Below, piece after piece: positions 30,279 to 43,790 of a stretch of DNA of 64,000 bases (positions are counted from its first letter, which is position 1; each line of letters opens with the position of its first letter). Source of the DNA: Tubiluchus corallicola (lineage: Eukaryota; Animalia; Priapulida); NCBI GenBank assembly GCA_030141605.1, contig JAQGDQ010000095.1, forward strand, positions 434,001 through 498,000, in the 5' to 3' direction. The notes below the pieces were generated by a model that was given only the letters and a program-made list of their open reading frames with translations, did not search any database and was not told the origin of the DNA. A program made the position numbers and the translations under genes.

Positions 30279-33200
30279 TCAGCCTAAGCCATGATCTTCA
30301 AAGAATCCTTGTGGAGTTTCTTCCTATACAAAGAAACACATGGTTTAATAGATGCATAAAATGACTTGCTCAATCTATTTCTACAGACTAACAAAAACGA
30401 GAAGATGAATCACAAACCCATCGCAAAAGAAAACTACCAATACTAACAGCAGAAAGAAGACTGCACTCATGCAAGCAAACAGAGCTACTTGTAAACAAAC
30501 ATTAAGTGACTCATTGCAATTAAAAATGTGACGTGTCCTTGGTGACTGTCAATGCACTGCTAAGGTCACTGCCGAAAAAGGAAAGATCCAATACAACAAT
30601 ACGAAAACACTCAACAACATTTGTGATCTCAACAGTATATGTACGCTCAACTTTGCTTTAGTTTAAATGTGCCTGTCAACAAACAGCTTTTATAAATAGT
30701 AAATTACCATCTAAAAATATATTTATCAGTTTGAAATTTTTAAAAAGCTAAAAGTTTCAACATGCCTAGGAAGATGCAAACAAAGTACAAAACAAGATAT
30801 ATAATTATTATGAGATTTCTCAAAATATTGTATTTGAATTGATACAGCTTCACAGAATAAATGTTTGTGGTACAGTACAACCCAATGCAGATTTTGAATT
30901 CAATTGTCTGTTAATAGTATAGAATCATGTCAGGATAGTTAAAGAAAACCTAAAAAGTGAAACAGTGAGTACATATGTTCAATTTAAATTTATGCAGCAT
31001 TGCATAACAACACCATTTATTAAAAATCTGAAATCTGTGACCTAATTTAAAGAATTTATCTGAATGACATGAAAAAATAAAATTTTGCCAGCAGAAAGTT
31101 TCAGTAAATTTTGAATATAGTACACTAACAATTACGATTTGCACAAGGCATTTTTCAAATTTTTCTGTTCAATGGATTACTAAATGATTAGATTTCAGTA
31201 AATATATTAAAACAAATAACACAAAAACCACTTTTGATAATAACAAACCATGAAAATTCAAATTATGAGTACCATCATGTTTAAAGCTACTTGAAAACAA
31301 ACAAAATATCTACATAATTACAAAGTCTTGTCTTTCATAAGCACCTTATAAAATGTCGCGAAATTTAATAAGTGTCACACATGCATTTTTACTAGACAGT
31401 GTTCACTTTCAGCAATTACAAGAAAAACGTATTTAGTATTCTCTAAGTTAGTAACTTATGACATTTTCACAAAATAAGAAACTAACAACAATAAGTCAAA
31501 GTGAAACGACAATGCACAATTACTAGGGCAAAAACAGCAATTCAATCCATGCTTACTTATCTAAATTTAACTTAAGTTTAACAAGATCTCTAGAATGAGA
31601 ACCAGGCGGTAAAAACAATAAGAAAGTAAAACAAAAGGTGTATGAAAGAGACTGCAGTCACGTCTTTGTATAAAGGAACGAGCAGCAAGTCTGTAAATTT
31701 TTCAGCTAGGACAGAAAAAGCTATAAAAAGTTTTAAAATAATTGACTGGACTTTCCACATATTTTTCGTTTAATTATACTTGCATTAAAATTACTACAAC
31801 AATGACTATATATGACAAATATAGATCTAAGAGCATTTTAAAGACAACTTGTGGTCGACTTGTATTGTAGTGTATACAGTTAATCTTTTGAGTTCCAAAA
31901 CTTCCTCTAAAGTTAGAGCTTGATCGAAAAAGAAACTTTATAAAATGTCAAAGCATGACTATCATGTGTATTAGTTAGAATTTTGAAGATGCAAGTTGAT
32001 CAAATAGATAAGTGGCAAGTACAAACATTTCAATTGATTCTCTTGAAAAATAAAAAAAGCCTCTACTTTCAAAAATATTACAAATGAGAACTCATTTGAA
32101 CATGATGAATTATGTACATACTGCAGACAACTTAACAGCATGCTAATGAGATAAGAGCAGGATGCCTTAAATATGCAATTACAAAAATAAAAATGAGATG
32201 GGAAAATAGTTTTGTGCACAATGATATCCTCTTTGTGCAGCCAATGTTATGTAAGTCCATACTCTTTCAGTGCATTTTCAATTGCCTCATCCTGAAGCAG
32301 AAACAAAGTGTCTCAACTGGTAGAAATCATTTTTAGTAATCAAGTACTTACAACTATGACAAATTGAGCATTGATTCAGTATTAAAATAAAATGAAGTCA
32401 CTTAGATTTGCAGATATCTTAATAGTGAAGTGCATTTACACTTACATTTATCAACATACAAGCAATTCTAGTGTGAAAGCATGCTGTCAAGTTTAGTTGG
32501 AAACACACAGACACAATCAAACAACAAATTATAATTACAATGCATCAGATATGAAGTCAAAATAAAAATGTTAGGCAGTATGTAATTAATACATATTATT
32601 AAGCTACCAAATACCAATATTTTTTGTCAATAACTAAATAGTAAAGCTACCCAAGTTATTGTAGAGCTAGTTAAAAAGCATGGGTAGACAAAAAATCTTG
32701 CAGAAAGCAGCCATGTTTGTATGTTATACTTTTGCAAATTAATAAAGCATTAAACTGGTTACTGTGTTATGTTCTGCAATACAAGAGCAACACTAAAATA
32801 AAGCGTTAATAAATCTACAGCTCAAAAGAAGCTGCGGCTGTGAAAAGTGAGTGAAATCTTGATGGCTGCTAGACCACGAAGGAAATAAGTGCATAGTCTT
32901 AGTATATAAATAGTTAATGAGGTTAAGTTAGTCCAGAAACATGCACTGTGACTAACGCTGTTTCCGCTTTGGCCAACAGAATTCTGAATACCTGGACTTA
33001 AAATTTTGGCTGCAAGATGGAAGGTACAGCACCAAATATTGTATCATGTTCTTCACCCGATTCCTATATTTCAAAAAATATTCTATGTACCATGTTTGCA
33101 CAACAGAAAGAATAAAAAACAGTTAAGCAAACACAATTGCAACTTCATAGTAAGCCAAGCATGCTTACTGCTTATAATTTCACTTTTTGCAGAATTACGC

Positions 33201-36200
33201 TTTACGCTAACTTAAGTAAGTTACTGCCAAAACATAACTGGCAACTTCTTAGCAATTAGTAAAGAACTATTATAAAAATACTATTCAAATGGATGAATTT
33301 GTAAACCACTATATTTGTATAAAAGAGCTCATACAAAAGTCATATAATTGTATACAAAGGTAATAGCATATTCATTTCATAAACTACACAACCCATATGT
33401 TGATAAAAGCAAGGCTCATCAGAATTCTCTTTTATCCACAACACTTATAAATAAACAAGAAAATTCAACTGTATCTAAAATAATAAACATTGTATATGTT
33501 TGACATTGCATCTAGTCTACAATACTAAGTCTAATAAATATCTGTCAAGTATAATTTACTTGATATAGTGACTTGTATAAGAAATTCAAACTGTAATTTG
33601 TAGTTCTACATTGTTAACAACTCTACACTGCCAATCATTCAAACCACTCAGCTTTTCATTATTTATGTCTGTTGCTTGTCAAACTATTAGTGACTTGTTA
33701 TAGTTTTGACCATTTAATACTCCCATGCATCTGAGTATGCTTTAGTAAAGGAGTTTGCATGTATGGGTCTCACAGTGTCAATATTTTAACAGTTTAACTA
33801 ACAAATTTTCTTATGAAGCAGATCCATCAAATTAAACAAAGTCAGATGCACTGGTCATACATTTTCTGATAACCCAACAGATGGGTACACAAGCATTGAA
33901 TTGAATTGCCAATTTGCCATGTCACATTTCTTTGAAAGCTCATGTCCAAGTGTGACTGTAGATCCAGGTATCCAGTGCTCTCTGAATTCGTATTTAGTGC
34001 ATTACATACTAGTGAATAACTAGTAAGCATTATAATCTACACATACATACATCAGTGTAATTCTTTAAAGGAAAAGCCAAAACCAAAGCTCTAGGGAAGT
34101 TGAGCTTATTTTAATATTGGAGAAAAACGCTAGAAGGTTTTAGCAATAAAATTGTGACAACCATCTCTTGTAATTAGCAAAATCAATTTAAAGTCACGAT
34201 TGTTCGTTTCATACATGGGCGTGCTCATTTTAAATAAAAAATTACATCATCCGGTTACCATGCAATACAAACACCTATCTCACCAGGCATGAGCAAACTT
34301 TTTACAGCTGCAGTTACCATTATCAACTTATAAACAATCCAAAACGGTAAACGAGGGATTATTAATACTCTCTTTTTTTTGCTTTTTGATTAATCTCGTT
34401 TCCCACTATGCCATGAAAAACAGTTGCCGATGACAGAATAATAATTTTAAAAAGCTAGAAATGAACTCCATAAGCTAAAACTCTGCCCGGCACTTACTAT
34501 ATGCTTGCAGAATTGTGCACTTATCGGAGAACCAACTTGAGGTATAATCCTAAGGATTATAGCTATGTAAACAATTTAAAGTAGTTGCTAATTGACCTGG
34601 TGCATAATTTTTTACATAAACACAGTTAAACACAAAGCTTTAAACAGCTAGAATAGGCTTCATTAGTGGAACTTCTGAGTAGACTGCAGAAGTTTTGCTG
34701 TCCACCAGTTCTTTCAAATATGTCTGCAGCGAAGTTCATTTGGCTGGAGATACGAATGATTTAAATTTCTTTTGCATTTTGAAGTAACATGTTTTATACG
34801 GACATATTGCATGGTAATTTCAATATTTTTCACTGTATATCAAAATTCAATAAATGTTGCTCGAGATGGCAGGATTTTCCTTTACTCATAATTATTGACA
34901 TATTTTATTACATATCAGCTGTCTTGTGTTTTTACAGTACTTATTGCCTAATGGTGCAAAATATGTACAAAATGTTAACAATAATAGATATTAGTACAGC
35001 AAATTCACATTTTAAACCCCACAAACTTTCCACGAGAAGACAAAAAATAGAACACAAAATCTCAATAAACTTCAAATAGTTAAAGTGGGAAAAATCTTAA
35101 ATCATAACGGCAGACAAATTCATTATTCCGGAACTCTGTAAGCTACTATGCTTAATTATTAAGAATAAAGATTTAGATACAACATCCAAGTATTAGGCAG
35201 TGACTTTAGTAATTGATAGACAACATTGTGGAGTAAGATGCCAGAATCATTGTCAATGGACGTCAAACGTACAGTGGTTTTGTGAAAAACTGTGCAATAC
35301 AGCAACAGAAAAGAAATGACAGTGATGATGAACATAACAAGGAAAACCAACTGAAAATCCATGTGCAAAGAAGCCAGGAAAAAACTACACATAAAGAATG
35401 CTAGAGTGAGTCACATCAAAGTGTGAAGCCACAAACGTAAAAGATGTGAAAAGCTATTCCACTACTGTTATAAGATTCGAGAACTACCTGAAAGTTCTAA
35501 AGTACCTTGTCAAAACACAACCCATGCTAATGTCCTTTTATGTTGGTTTTTTCAGTTCATTTTTGTTCCGGTTATTTTTTGTAATAATATTCTAATAATA
35601 ATGAGTCTAGCTAATTACTAATATCAGTCTAGTAGGAACTTAAGATTACTAAACTGATGTCTGAAATACAAGGTTTCTAGTATATGCATATGCATCATCA
35701 AAAGTTTCTGTCATCCTGTGATTTGTATGAATTTCATGTTCATGTTCAAATATACTCTCTATCTACCACTTAATTCAAAATTTGGCAACTATTTTCAGAT
35801 CATTAAAAAAGTAAAGAAAGAAGCACAGGCAGCAAAGGCTATTCGAGCAGCGATATATCTTTACTCTAATATCTGGCAAATGTGAAACTGTAATGCTAAA
35901 AATGTAAGAGTATTACAAAATTATTAAGAGTTACTAATTAGTAAGAACTGTAAACATCACTATCACAAGAAGCTAAATTGTCAATAAGGGTGCCAATGGA
36001 AAAACAAAAACGTAAATTTCACATAGACCATCACATCCATTCACTACATGCCAGGCAAGCATTCACTCCTATGCAAAATTTAAATCAGATAATCCCAAGC
36101 AAGAGTGCATATAATCAATATAAAGGTAAGATCAACATATTTATGAGTTGTATACCTAATCGTCTAATTAACGTGCAATTAAGTTAGAATCAATGAATAA

Positions 36201-38491
36201 CTAACAAATTTAGGATACTATTTAAGTAGTAAGAAGCATAAAAATTATGCACAAGTAAATTCTTAGCATAGCCCGAACTTAGTATACATGCACCAACCTA
36301 TTTCATCTGCTTGTCACCACAAGTTTAATTCAAATAAATGCACTATAGCATGTATTTGCCTATTATAGATGAATTATCAGTACCAAATATAGAAACATTA
36401 AGAATTGTAAATGTTTTTGCATTAAGGATAATCTGTTACCATTTTCTACAAGATTCAGAATCACTGCACAATGTATTTGTGACCTTTGCCTTCAAATACG
36501 TCAGATATTTGTAGTGCAACATTACTAGTTTTCAAAAGAATTTATATCTTTCTCACATGCTGCTCACATTAAAATTCTAGTGTGCCCAAAGAAATAGGAA
36601 CCATTCAAAGTGTCATGGCGTGGCACCCCCAAAACAACCTCAAATCCATTGCATGTTCCTAAGCTGGTAACGTTTTTTATGAATATTGAGATTTAAGCAT
36701 GTACCAAGTACCCACCTCTTGTAAAAGATCTTGTGCAGCTATTGCCTTGAGCACGTTCTTTTTGCTTGTTTCTTGCATCTCTCCAGCCAACAATAGCTCG
36801 TCAAGCATAAAGTAAGCTTTTTCAAAATTAAAAATAATATCCAGCTCGCACACCTACATTTGAAATTGGAATATGGTAACATGAAAGAATTAATAAACTG
36901 AAAAGGAAACAATTTGAAAAATTATTTTTGAGATTAACAAAATGACTGCAAGGACAAATGAAATTCAACATGAAGCTTCTGATGTTTATGTTGTTCACTA
37001 ATTCATTAATAATAAAAAAACTGGAAACACTTTACATAAATTACATATAGCTAAAAATTAACTGTATTCAAACTTGGTCAGAAACAACCTATTAAAAACG
37101 TCTCTTTTTCGTATGACAAAACAGTCCATTATCGACAATATAAGAGTAGACATCTTACTCATATAGAAATATACGTACACAAATGGTACAAAATAAAGCA
37201 GTGAACAAATACAATATGCATATTATGTACACTACATGAACAATAATAAATAAGTAGTTTATACTCACGCTTCCGAAGTACTTGTCTAACAGTTCAACAT
37301 AACGATGAATGATCTCTAATGTGACAAGTTCATTGTCAGAGTCTTCAATTGCACAACAAAAATATAAGCTAGCATACCTACAACAATAAGTCGTAAATTG
37401 TATTACACCACCAGAAACTTTTGCCATTTTTAAAACAGATTGTTGTAGGCATAAATGTCGCAGCGCAGACTTCTAAACTATACACAGCATTAGAAAATTT
37501 ATAATTCTGGCTAGTATACCACGTAATTAAATTTTGCTATGCAATTTTTACTGAAACACAATAAAAAATTAACTATGAAATTAGACAAAAATACAAAAGT
37601 TATTAAAGGGATACAAAACTGTAACGCAACATAAGTTCAGAACATTTGCTGTGTCATATAAAAGCAATTTCATCAAAAATTTTCAAACGATGTGCTTCAG
37701 GAACTCCTAAAGACAAATTTTTACATTCAGAAATTTCAGCTTTTACCCTTTGATCGGCTTTCGTAAGTGCTAAAGTGCTACGCCGTTATTAGCACACGTG
37801 CATAGGCTATGATGTCTTTTCATGCTTTCATATTTGGCCAGCTATACACAGAGAAGTGAGACAGTACTTATAGGGAATATAAGGAATAAGGGCATAGAGA
37901 GTCAAGACAAGAGCTAGGGTGTAAAAACGTCACGCACGACGACCTCTGACGTGTCTTATGCTACCCTTCAATGAGACTGCCACAACCTGTGTGACGAGTT
38001 GCCAGATCCCTTCAAAAAAGAATTGGGGTGTCTTAAGGACTTCGACCTGGAAGTGAAGTTCAAATCTGACGTGAAGCCGGTTTTTCACAAGGCATGACTG
38101 GTTCCCTTCGCTCTTCGTGATGACCTGGCCAAAGGTTACGAAGAAGGCATCGCCAAAGGTGTCTGGAAGCCAGTCCAGTACAACGAATACGGACAATCTT
38201 TATTAAATAATGAACAGTTTCTTATTAGGTTTGCCAAGTAAACCATCACTGCCACGCAGAAAATGCTTTTATAAATGACTCCAAATAAAAGAACGTATAA
38301 CTTTCTCACCTTTTATAAACAATTTTTAGATCTCTCCATTCTAAAAAGCTACACATTTTTGGCTTTCGTGAAAGTATCAACGTTGTCAATTCTCGGACAA
38401 TTTTCTTCTTATCTTTGTCTTGCTTTGCAACGTACCACTTCTGTAGGCGCAACTTGCCTTGGCGGCTAAATAGGAGCATGAACTGCATCAT
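30279..38491 (-). CDS. AP1S2: AP-1 adaptor complex sigma subunit (AP1S1/2/3 co-orthologue)
   Basis: Exons 38491-38310 ([20 protein letters not shown]...KIVYKR), 37377-37269 ([36 protein letters not shown]), 36853-36716 ([46 protein letters not shown]) and last exon 30323-30279 ([14 protein letters not shown]). Acceptor at 38508 implies an upstream UTR exon (candidate donor GTAAGA at 43823). Confidence 0.95.
32247..32291 (-). CDS. AP1S alternative last exon ([14 protein letters not shown])
   Basis: Acceptor gtttctgcttcag, phase 0, 45 nt like the other tail exon; resembles the vertebrate sigma1 end (…SVLEEIGLT). Confidence 0.85.
   Translation of the reverse strand, partial: DEAIENALKEYGLT
32998..33063 (-). 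CDS. AP1S candidate alternative last exon ([21 protein letters not shown])
   Basis: Acceptor ttttttgaaatatag after a U-rich tract, phase 0, acidic start like the other tails; no homology recognised. Confidence 0.35.
   Translation of the reverse strand, partial: ESGEEHDTIFGAVPSILQPKF
37920..38195 (+). mobile_element. Gypsy (K02A2.6-like) pol fragment
   Basis: GC-rich insert translating [60 protein letters not shown], typical of the start of a Gypsy RT. Confidence 0.75.
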
Positions 38492-38566
38492 TTTGTTCAA
38501 CGCTCAGCCTGTGAAATAATCAGCCAAAAAACGGGTTTAGTCTTTCAATTATGACTGTGATTGCCA

Positions 38567-38852
38567 GAATTTTTATAAACCATTACAGTTCATTTTACCA
38601 ATAATATTACCCCTTGCGGGTAATGAGTTAGAGAAATGAGACACTGAAAAATGTGGGCCAGTCAAGATTTGAATCCGAGGCCTGGTATTAGTACTCCCAC
38701 GCTCTACCGCCTAAGTTACCAGCCAAGCATGACAGAGCAGGTCTAAGATTTCCTCCTTTTGCTCACAATCCAACATATACTCTGACAGTATGGTGATACT
38801 TTTGGTATCAATACTTTCCCAAATTAGCTGGCAACTAACAATATCATTAATT
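38567..38852 (-). mobile_element. tRNA-derived SINE-like insertion with 20-bp target-site duplication
   Basis: Exact direct repeat AATTATGACTGTGATTGCCA at 38547-38566 and 38853-38872. Internal minus-strand tRNA-like segment ~38656-38724 with degenerate A box (TAACTTAGGCGG) and B box (GGATTCAAATC). Confidence 0.7.
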
Positions 38853-38959
38853 AATTATGACTGTGATTGCCAATTTGTTTTGAAAGTGTTTAACAAAATT
38901 TCATATCGTATAATTTGTACATAGAAGTGAGTCAAAACTGTCAAATTAAAATGTAAAGG

Positions 38960-41819
38960 GTGGACTTAGTGAATATCAGAAATAGCAGCAAAGGGGCTGC
39001 ATTAGCAATTGGTAGCGGCAGTTTGAACTTGTGGCCGAATAAAGTAAACCAGAGAAATGACACGAGTGAACATTTTGAGCAAATTGAGAATGAAAGCCGA
39101 ATGGGAAAAATAGCAAGTGTACAGAATGCACATGACAAAGCTAATCAGTTTTGCGTGGGAAATAGTGATATATGCCCTAAGTGTAGTGTGAAATGCATAG
39201 GGTATGGATCAATCCAATGCTTTAATTGTAAAGCTTGGTTTAATTTTGTATGTACTGAACTTCCGACATATTACTTGTTGAAGCTAGCTAATTCAACAAG
39301 AAAACACTCATGTGAAAAATGTGCAGTACCACAACTGAAGAGGAAAGTAGTGATGCAATTTAGAAAAATTAAAGAAAGTTTTAAACCCAGACAATTCAAG
39401 AATATGGAAGAAAGGCTGAGTTATGATGAGAAGCCCAATAAGAAATTGCAGAACCGATTGCAGGAAATTAAAAGTTTGAGAGATGAACTAGAAAACAGGC
39501 GTAAAATGAAGAATGAGCTAAGTAATGAAATAAGCTCAATGAATAGAGAGCTACATATCAGAGAAGAAGAAGTTGTTTGGTATAAACAAGAGATTGAAAG
39601 ACAAACTGAAGAGCGTAAGTTATGTGAGATGAAAGAGACAAAACTTGTAAAAGATGTGGAAAAGCGACAGGTAGAAATGAAAATTTTAAAAGATGAAATG
39701 ACCCAGAAAATGAAAAGGTAATTGCTGAGTTAAACAAATTAAGAGCGAGCCTGGACAAAGAAATTAAAAAGCTGAAGGAAGAGATGGTAATATACAAGAT
39801 ACAGTTGGAAAATAATATGAGTGATACTACTGATGCACAGTTAACAATAAAAAATCTGAATAGGCAGATTGAAGATATAGATTTGGAGGTGCAGACTGGA
39901 GTAAAGAGGCATGATAAAAAATGAATTCCAGAAACTGGAATGCCAGGAATGGTAAAAACTGGAATACAAAAGAAAGAAATAAAAACAAAATTTGTACCTT
40001 TTTGAAAATAGATGCAGGTTTCGACATTTCTTTGTTAGAGATGAAACTAATGGTAAGGCAAATTTGTGCTGGAATTTTAAATGTGGTGATGACTATCATT
40101 ACGGACAAAAATGCAAATACAGACACTATTTTACCAGAAGACGAAAAGAGAGTGTATTTCGGAACTAGTGATAGTTCAAGTGATTAGGAAACGAGTGATA
40201 AAGACACAAAAAAGCTGACAAAATAGCTGAGCCACTTTTTTGGCAAAAGAAATAAGTGCCATGAAAGAAAAGAAGTAAATACCAAAAAATTCAACACAAA
40301 GAAAAAAGTTAAAAGATCTGGAAAAAATTTAAATAAGTTTAAAAGCCTTACAGTGCTGTATAGTAACTGTAGGGGATTGAACTCAAAATTAGGATCTGTT
40401 AAAAGTGCAATTCAAGATGTTAATTCTACAGTTGTGACAATTGTTCAAACTCATTTAGGAAGATGGAATTGAGTTTTTGAAGGTTATAAAATTCATCAGC
40501 TGAATTGGTGTACTGGAGGTGGTGTACTTTTTGCAATTAAAGAAGATATGAAAAAATTGAGCGTAGCAGCGACAGAGGAGCAAGATTCGGGAGAAATCCT
40601 TTGGTACTAATAAGTGATGCGAAAATAAATATAAGAATGGAGGCGGTGTATGCTCCACAAGAACACAGAACGGATCGAAAAGTTATTAGGAATATGTATG
40701 CTGATATTGAAAAATAGGTTGACCTTGCTAAGGCAAAATATCAAAAAGTGCTGTTGGTTGGTGATTTCAATGCCAAAATGGGAAGTGTTATTCAAGGAAA
40801 TAGTGCTGAAATAATGTAGCTTGGTGAAGAACTTTTGAAGTTGCTTAAAAGAAAAAAATTTATCACTTACAAATAAATAACAATGTGGTTATGGTTTATG
40901 GAATAGGGAACAGAAAGGTAAAAAATCAGTTAGATTTTGTAATAATGGATGAAAATGACACTGATGCTGTCAAAAAGATGCTCATAGATGAGCAAAAATT
41001 ATTAGGTAAAATACAGAGTTGATACAAATGCTATAAATATAATTGTTTACACTGATATAATAAGTTTATCTTGGAAGTGAACTGGATGGAAATTTACAAA
41101 AGTGAAAATAAAGAAAAGACAAACAGTACTGATAAGATTTTCAATGAAAGTCAAATGGGATTGTTCAAAAATAAGACAGATAAATCCGATCTTGGGAAAG
41201 TGTGGGAGAACGATCAACCTTTAAGTAATCTATATAAAGAATGTAAAAGTAACTTATATTGCAAATCAGTGTTTTGAAAATAAAAAGACAAAAGGAAAGA
41301 AACTTCAAACTGGTACAGTTGAAAGGAAACTGAATAAAGAGAAAAAATAAATTCTTAAAAAAACAGAAGATGTGCTAAATGATGATGAGGCTGTAAGGAG
41401 ATATACAGTACAATTGAAGCTAGTAGATGAGATGATTGTTAAACAGCATCTACTAGCAAAAGAGTACAAAAATAAAAAATACTTTGAAAACAGTTACTAC
41501 TAAAGGAAAATTTGATGCACAAGCTTTTTGGAAGTATAATAAATAAATGGACAAACCTAAAGGGCAACTTACGAAATACTGTCACGAAAGACCAAAATGG
41601 TATTATGTGAAGATGCAGAAGCAATAAGGCTAATTTTTGAACAATACTACTATGATGTGTTGAATCAATCTGAGTCTCAAAATGAAAAGGAAGAATCACA
41701 TCGATAAAAAATATGTAAAACGTGTTATAGTGTTGAACACTTTGGTTTGGTGTTCGTTTAGGCGGTGCACCTTAACTACTCTTTTATTTATGGTAATAAC
41801 AGAAGGTATACATATATAC

Positions 41820-41852
<33 letters not shown>

Positions 41853-43790
41853 TGTATATAAGATAATTAAACATACTGCATGTACTGAAGAAATTGACCC
41901 AATTACAGAGGAGAAATTGATGTGGCTATCAAATATTATAAAAATAGACAATTATGTGGCAGACAGGAATGGAAGAATGAAATAGTTAAAGCAGGATGCA
42001 AAGACTTTTTAATTAGTACTGCAAAGATGTTTAGTCAAATTTAAATAGGAAAGAAATCCCAAAAGAATGGAAAATTATGAAAGTTGAGTCACAGTTTACA
42101 AAGCCAAAGGTGATAAAAAACTGATGGAAAACAGAAGAGGTATTTTCATTACGAATATAAGGAAAATTATTTGAAAAATTATTAAAAATAGAATTCTTGA
42201 CAAATTGGAAATGGCTTTAGGAAGATACCGTCCAAACATCAAATCGAAGTACTGCTGATCACCTTTTCACTATTAGAGTAACTTTAAGCTATAATAAATA
42301 TTTGAACAATGATATTTATATGACATTTTTTGGTGTAGAAAAAATGCTTCTTTTGGATGTAACTAAAAGATGTAGTAGTGAAAAAGTGGCATTTAGGGAT
42401 ACCAGGACACATTTTGTGAATTAATTTTCAATATAAATGAGGTATCATATGCTGTTATTGACATACGTCAGTTGGCATCATTAAAGAAATTAAAATAAAG
42501 GAATCAGTTAGGCAGGGAACCATGTTAAGTCTGCTGTTGTGCTATGTAACAGTAACAGAACAAATTCTCTTGAAAAAGCAAATGCAGTAGTAACTCCTGA
42601 GCTTGAAACAGAAATTATGATGTATGTAGATGATATTTTCGGGAGAGGGCTAAAATACCTTGGTGATTGGCTAAATGAGGAAAACACTTATAAGATGTTA
42701 ATTGAAAAGCAAAAAGAGCAGAACAAATTTAAGACAACATATATTAACTCCTTAGCAAATGCTTATAATGTTGGAATAATGTCAGTAGAAATCAAATTAA
42801 AACTCTCTGAATGACTTGCAATGCCATCACTAAAAATTTATAATTCTGAAACATGGTCAAACACGAAAGGCAATGAGTTTGATGAATTGGAAAGCATTCA
42901 AGGCGAGTTACTTCTAAGGAATTATGGTGGGAGTGCTTAAAACTAAAAGTTACTGGGGGTTAATATCGAATTGGGAAAGTGGCCAATTGAAGACCATACT
43001 TGCTACAAAAAATTTGTTTTACAGAACTCTGTTGATAGCAGAAAGTAAAATATTAGCCAGCAAAGTTATAGAACTGTAAAATAAATACCAGCATGATAGT
43101 AGTTGGTATAATAAAATTGAAAAATAGCAAACATTTACGGAATTCTTATTAACAATGACTATACAAAAAATCAAGAGAAATCAGAGAGGAAAAAATCTAA
43201 AATATTTTATTAATTTATTGGTATACAAAAGAAACGACAACAACTAGTGAGACAACAAATAACAAAAAGAGCACAAAGTTAAGATTTCTGGAAAGCAATA
43301 AATAGGAACAGGATTATTTTACAAAATGCTGTCATGTAGAAGTTAAAAATATTTTGGCTTTGAGACTTAATATGGTTAAAGTAAAGGCAAATTATAAGAC
43401 TTCATTTGTCGAAATTTAACAAAAATAATTTTGTCACATGTGCAATAATATTTTAGACACAACAGAACATTTACCTGTAGCAAATATGAAAGGATTAAAG
43501 AAAATTTAGGTGAAGTCTCAAATCTTCTTTGCAATAACATCAGGACCTAAAGTTCAACTCGTGTATGGTCCCTTCTCATATTCACCAGAAGATGTAAAAA
43601 GGTGTTGTAGTGAAAATTTGTTGAAAGCAAGCAAATATGTGAATGAGTGTTGGTCTTATAGGGAAAACACTTTGAAGAAAGTTGGTGAAATAAATTTCGA
43701 AGGTACTACAGTGTTGAAGAACCCTTGCAATCGATTTCATCATTTGTCCATACAAGCGGAGAGGGGTGCGAGAAACTACAACAATAAATT
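38960..43790 (+). mobile_element. Near full-length degenerate LINE (PHD-finger ORF1; APE endonuclease-RT ORF2; CR1/L2-like group)
   Basis: ORF1 38960-39721 has a PHD-like Cys pattern (CPKC..IQCFNCKAW..CTEL..SCEKC) plus coiled coil. APE motifs YSNCRGL (~40360) and LVGDFNA (~40755); RT motifs VRQGTMLS (~42510) and MYVDDI (~42620); C-terminal CxxC..DTTEHL. Many stops and frameshifts; small insertion at ~41.7-41.9 kb. Confidence 0.85.

Noticed and set aside
38656-38724. Functional tRNA gene
   Set aside because: Stems and A/B boxes are degenerate and the segment sits inside a TSD-flanked insertion.
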